A DNA stretch of 61,964 bases from a virus. Positions 60,999 to 61,964 of the stretch are shown here, in pieces; position 1 is the stretch's first letter, and each line of letters starts with the position of its first letter. Both the position numbers and the translations under genes were made by a program. Under the pieces are notes generated by a model. It was given only the letters and a program-made list of their open reading frames with translations. It did no database searches and was not told where the DNA came from. The stretch is taken from IMG/VR virus record IMGVR_UViG_3300029944_000009. One strand, 5' to 3'.

Positions 60999-61145
60999 GT
61001 GATCGCTGATTACGCGGAACGGATCGGCTGGCAGATCAATGCCATCGCTGAATACGACCATCCCACGCTCAATGCCGCTGTTGCAAACCTTCGTGCTGCC
61101 CTCAGCGAAGTCGCGGCTGTCGTGAAGGCTGGGCCGGAAGTCTGA
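60999..61145 (+). CDS. Hypothetical 48-aa protein
   Basis: GTG start 8 nt after GGTGAG. Translation: (M)IADYAERIGWQINAIAEYDHPTLNAAVANLRAALSEVAAVVKAGPEV. An antisense ORF competes for the same region. Confidence 0.3.
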   Translation: MIADYAERIGWQINAIAEYDHPTLNAAVANLRAALSEVAAVVKAGPEV

Positions 61146-61169
61146 TTTTTCAAAACCAAGGAACTCGAA

Positions 61170-61964
61170 ATGATCCATCACGGCAATCTCACGATCACCA
61201 AAGAAAATGCCAAGCTGTACGCGGGCATCATCGAAGTAACTGGTGATCTCAGAATCAGCCAGGGCGCGAGCCTCACCGCTCCGGTGCTGGCGAAGACCGG
61301 CTCCGTTGTCCTCAGCCAGGGCGCGAGCCTCACCGCTCCCGTGCTGGCCGAGGTGACCGGCTCCGTTGACCTCGGCCAGGGCGCGAGCCTCACCGCTCCG
61401 GTGCTGGCGAAGACCGGCTCCGTTGTCCTCAGGGAGGGCGCGAGCCTCACCGCTCCGGTGCTGGCCGAGGTGACCGGCTACGTTGTCCTCAGGGAGGGCG
61501 CGAGCCTCACCGCTCCGGTGCTGGCGAAGACCGGCTACGTTGTCCTCAGCCGGGGCGCCAGCCTCACCGCTCCGGTGCTGGCCGAGGTGACCGGCTACGT
61601 TGTCCTCAGGGAGGGCGCCAGCCTCACCGCTCCGGTGCTGGCCGAGGTGACCGGCTACGTTGTCCTCAGGGAGGGCGCCAGCCTCACCGCTCCGGTGCTG
61701 GCGAAGACCGGCTACGTTGTCCTCAGGGAGGGCGCCAGCCTCACCGCTCCGGTGCTGGCGAAGACCGGCTCCGTTGTCCTCAGCCAGGGCGCGAGCCTCA
61801 CCGCTCCGGTGCTGGCCGAGGTGACCGGCTCCGTTGTCCTCAGCCAGGGCGCGAGCCTCACCGCTCCGGTGCTGGCCGAGGTGACCGGCTCCGTTGTCCT
61901 CAGGGAGGGCGCGAGCCTCACCGCTCCGGTGCTGGCCGAGGTGACCGGCTCCGTTGTCCTCAGG
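61170..61964 (+). CDS. 5' part of the tandem 19/20-aa repeat protein, open to the right window edge
   Basis: ATG at 61170 after AAGGAAC. MIHHGNLTITKENAKLYAGIIEVTGDLRISQ is followed by 12 repeat units. The ORF is missing from the track because no stop occurs before the edge. Confidence 0.8.
   Translation, partial: MIHHGNLTITKENAKLYAGIIEVTGDLRISQGASLTAPVLAKTGSVVLSQGASLTAPVLAEVTGSVDLGQGASLTAPVLAKTGSVVLREGASLTAPVLAEVTGYVVLREGASLTAPVLAKTGYVVLSRGASLTAPVLAEVTGYVVLREGASLTAPVLAEVTGYVVLREGASLTAPVLAKTGYVVLREGASLTAPVLAKTGSVVLSQGASLTAPVLAEVTGSVVLSQGASLTAPVLAEVTGSVVLREGASLTAPVLAEVTGSVVLR
61255..61964 (+). repeat. Coding tandem repeat with 57/60-bp units, the same family as 1..738
   Basis: Near-identical units run to the last base of the window. 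Confidence 0.95.

Noticed and set aside
60993-61181. 62-aa minus-strand ORF upstream of the repeat-protein gene
   Set aside because: All neighbouring genes are on the + strand, and a + strand 48-aa ORF with an SD occupies the same DNA. Neither is strongly supported, so only the + ORF is listed, at low confidence.
1-61964. Lysogeny module (integrase, CI-type repressor, attP), tRNA genes, or a phage RNA polymerase
   Set aside because: None was recognised by eye. Only a recombinase-like fragment without a catalytic Ser region (58901..59452) is present. tRNAs cannot be strictly excluded without tRNAscan-SE.

Overview
GC-rich 61,964-bp window that reads as an essentially complete dsDNA phage genome. 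I saw no host flank, rRNA, tRNA, CRISPR array or integrase. Both window edges fall inside the same 57/60-bp tandem-repeat coding gene on the + strand. That gene opens at 61170, runs off the right edge, and the same repeat is already running at nt 1 and ends at 1055. The molecule is therefore probably circular or circularly permuted, with the assembly broken inside the repeat. Layout: (i) A leftward replication/early arm, about 13894 down to 1684: GcrA-like regulator, Dam-type MTase, DUF1653, pentapeptide-repeat protein, two secreted Gly/Ser-rich proteins, Cro-like HTH, primase-helicase, DUF2800 nuclease, DUF2815 SSB, GapR-like protein, family-A DNA polymerase, VRR-NUC. (ii) An AT-rich divergent control region, 13920-14246, packed with a GCGAYAC motif. 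(iii) A long rightward late arm, 14247 to 53817: small and large terminase, portal, head proteins, GroES-like protein, scaffold, decoration-like protein, major capsid protein, tailspike/fibre genes, an embedded lysis cassette, T7-like tail-tube and internal-core/ejection genes, tail fibre. (iv) A second leftward arm, 59600 down to 53814: RHH regulator, T5orf172 protein, many small Zn-binding proteins, SNF2 helicase. (v) A short rightward arm from a near-consensus promoter at 59643: C5 MTase, a frameshifted gene, the repeat protein. The GapR-like and GcrA-like genes point to an alphaproteobacterial host. No phage RNA polymerase is visible. The most unusual observation is that both the terminase large subunit and the SNF2 helicase carry an intein whose HNH-family homing endonuclease is encoded in a different reading frame from the intein, while the intein frame stays open across it. 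Other notable points: two very regular solenoid-type repeat proteins with Cys-motif C-terminal domains; a Peptidase_S74 self-cleaving chaperone module in the middle of a 1760-aa ejection protein; a basic [KR]xGG[RH]...[DE]xGG motif recurring in six virion-module proteins; an A9 frameshift site; and short conserved gene-junction repeats. All functional calls come from motif recognition by eye and no searches were run. Many long antisense ORFs in the track are GC-driven artefacts and are not annotated.
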